The notes under the pieces were generated by a model that did not search any database, was not told where the DNA came from, and saw only the letters and a list, made by a program, of their open reading frames with translations. From positions 124,001 to 188,000 of the IMG/VR virus record IMGVR_UViG_3300021057_000274: a DNA stretch of 64,000 nt; one strand, written 5' to 3'. The position numbers and the translations under genes were made by a program. Positions 62,770 through 64,000 of the stretch are shown one piece after another (position 1 is the first letter of the stretch; each line of letters starts with the position of its first letter).

Positions 62770-64000
62770 CAGCTCGGGATCGTGATCTGGAGGTTCTTCG
62801 TCACGTTGAACTCGTGATAATTGAGCTTCGCTACGGCGATGATCGCGTGATCGTTGGGTGACGAAAAGACCTCCAAGCCGAGCACCGTAACGCGAGGATC
62901 TCGATCAAAGACTTGCTGCAGGTCTTCTCGAATCACTGCTAGAGTCTGAGCGTCGATCGGCTCAAACATGCTGCTTGGAATTCGTGTGCCGAAGCTGTCA
63001 ACCATGCGAAGCCTCTCACCGCGCATCGTGAGGATCTCGTTGAGCAGATCCTCCTCGACGCACTTGACGTTGTAGATCTCGAAGGTACCTCCCTGCTCCT
63101 CGTAGTTGCGAGTTGTATGGCCCTTGTAGAACTTCGTGAAGGTACCGATGTTTCGAGGTGCCGGAAGGACGGGCTGATTGATGACGGCCACGAGAGGATC
63201 CGTGGTCGTCCCGATCGGAGCAAATTGAGGAGTAGCTCCACCGCGAATGATCGAGCCGATGATGATTGGGGTGCATGCGACCGTGCCGCTTGAGGCCGCG
63301 AGAGCGTTCGAGACGCCGAGCACGCTCGAGGGATTCTCGACGAGCGAGAAGCCAGCCGTCGTCGCCGTCGCGGTGAGCTGACCGTTGACGATCGCCATGC
63401 TTGTGATCGTCGCTGGAGCACCCATGCGAGCGATCGCTTCGGCGACGCCAGCAGCTGAAACGGTGACCTCGGCGAGCGCGTTCGACGAGCTAGCGACCGT
63501 CGCCGCCGCTGAGGCAGCAGCTATGGCTCCAGCGAGAGCGGTCGACGTTGCGCCAGCGGAGGTAGCAGCTATGGCTCCAGCGAGAGCGGTCGACGTTGCG
63601 CCAGCGGTCGCCGTCGCGGTCATTCCTGCCAAGCCAGTTACGGATGCGACGGCGGTCGAGCTGCCTGTGAGGTGAGCCGTCGCGTTGAGAACACCGTTAA
63701 CTGAGGCGGCACCTGTAGACGTCGCCGTCGCGGCCATGAGAGCGTTGACTTGCGCTTGTCCGGCGGCGGTCGCTTGCGCTCCAGAGAGCGACCCGGCGGT
63801 CGCAACTCCTGCGGCGGTGAACGTGGATCCTGCTAGAGCGCTGACGGTCGCAGAGGCCGAGGTAGAGGCCGTCATTCCTGCGAGAGCCGACGCGACAGCA
63901 GATCCCGCGGCGAGGAACGTAGCGCCAGCTAGCGCTGAGGTTGTAGCTACACCGTTGCCGTTCGTGAGGAGAGCCCCAGCGAGGGCTTGGACGATCGCTG
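62769..64000 (-). CDS. gp25-like baseplate domain fused to a long Ala/Thr/Ser-rich region (start lies beyond the window)
   Basis: C-terminal DLLNEILTMRGER..FGTRI..FEP..DPRV; frame stays open from 63875 to 64000. Confidence 0.75.
   Translation of the reverse strand, partial: AIVQALAGALLTNGNGVATTSALAGATFLAAGSAVASALAGMTASTSASATVSALAGSTFTAAGVATAGSLSGAQATAAGQAQVNALMAATATSTGAASVNGVLNATAHLTGSSTAVASVTGLAGMTATATAGATSTALAGAIAATSAGATSTALAGAIAAASAAATVASSSNALAEVTVSAAGVAEAIARMGAPATITSMAIVNGQLTATATTAGFSLVENPSSVLGVSNALAASSGTVACTPIIIGSIIRGGATPQFAPIGTTTDPLVAVINQPVLPAPRNIGTFTKFYKGHTTRNYEEQGGTFEIYNVKCVEEDLLNEILTMRGERLRMVDSFGTRIPSSMFEPIDAQTLAVIREDLQQVFDRDPRVTVLGLEVFSSPNDHAIIAVAKLNYHEFNVTKNLQITIPS

Noticed and set aside
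1-64000. Genome-wide stop codon reassignment (TGA to Trp, or TAG to Gln)
   Set aside because: TGA, TAG and TAA all end genes with tight ATGA/GTGA coupling, and ORFs of up to 2855 aa are intact in code 11. Only the release factor gene is interrupted.

Overview
The window is part of a GC-rich jumbo myophage genome with T4-like replication and baseplate genes. Spanins and a Bug/TctC gene point to a Gram-negative, possibly betaproteobacterial, host (inference). Bases 1-33758 are almost all + strand: small accessory genes, PhoH, nucleases, family B DNA polymerase, clamp-like protein, RNase H, primase, helicase, probable internal head proteins, and a translation-related block (RimK-protease fusion, 2OG-Fe(II) oxygenase, release factor). 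Bases 33751-64000 are - strand late genes: spanins, holin, two paralogous tail fibres, and large baseplate/virion proteins. Best leads: (1) an RF1-like release factor gene with one in-frame TGA in a genome where TGA is otherwise a normal stop; (2) an AT-richer cassette of three PP-loop (SGGxDS) enzymes plus a Bug/TctC solute-binding protein inside the tail-fibre operon; (3) TAAATA late promoters 4-8 nt before start codons, implying leaderless mRNAs; (4) a capsid-motif minigene split by a -1 frame change; (5) an antisense HNH endonuclease overlapping both primase and helicase; (6) an RNA-ligase-like probable head protein. I found no tRNA, rRNA, CRISPR array, reverse transcriptase, intron or intein. 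All family assignments come from motif recognition by eye; no database search was run.
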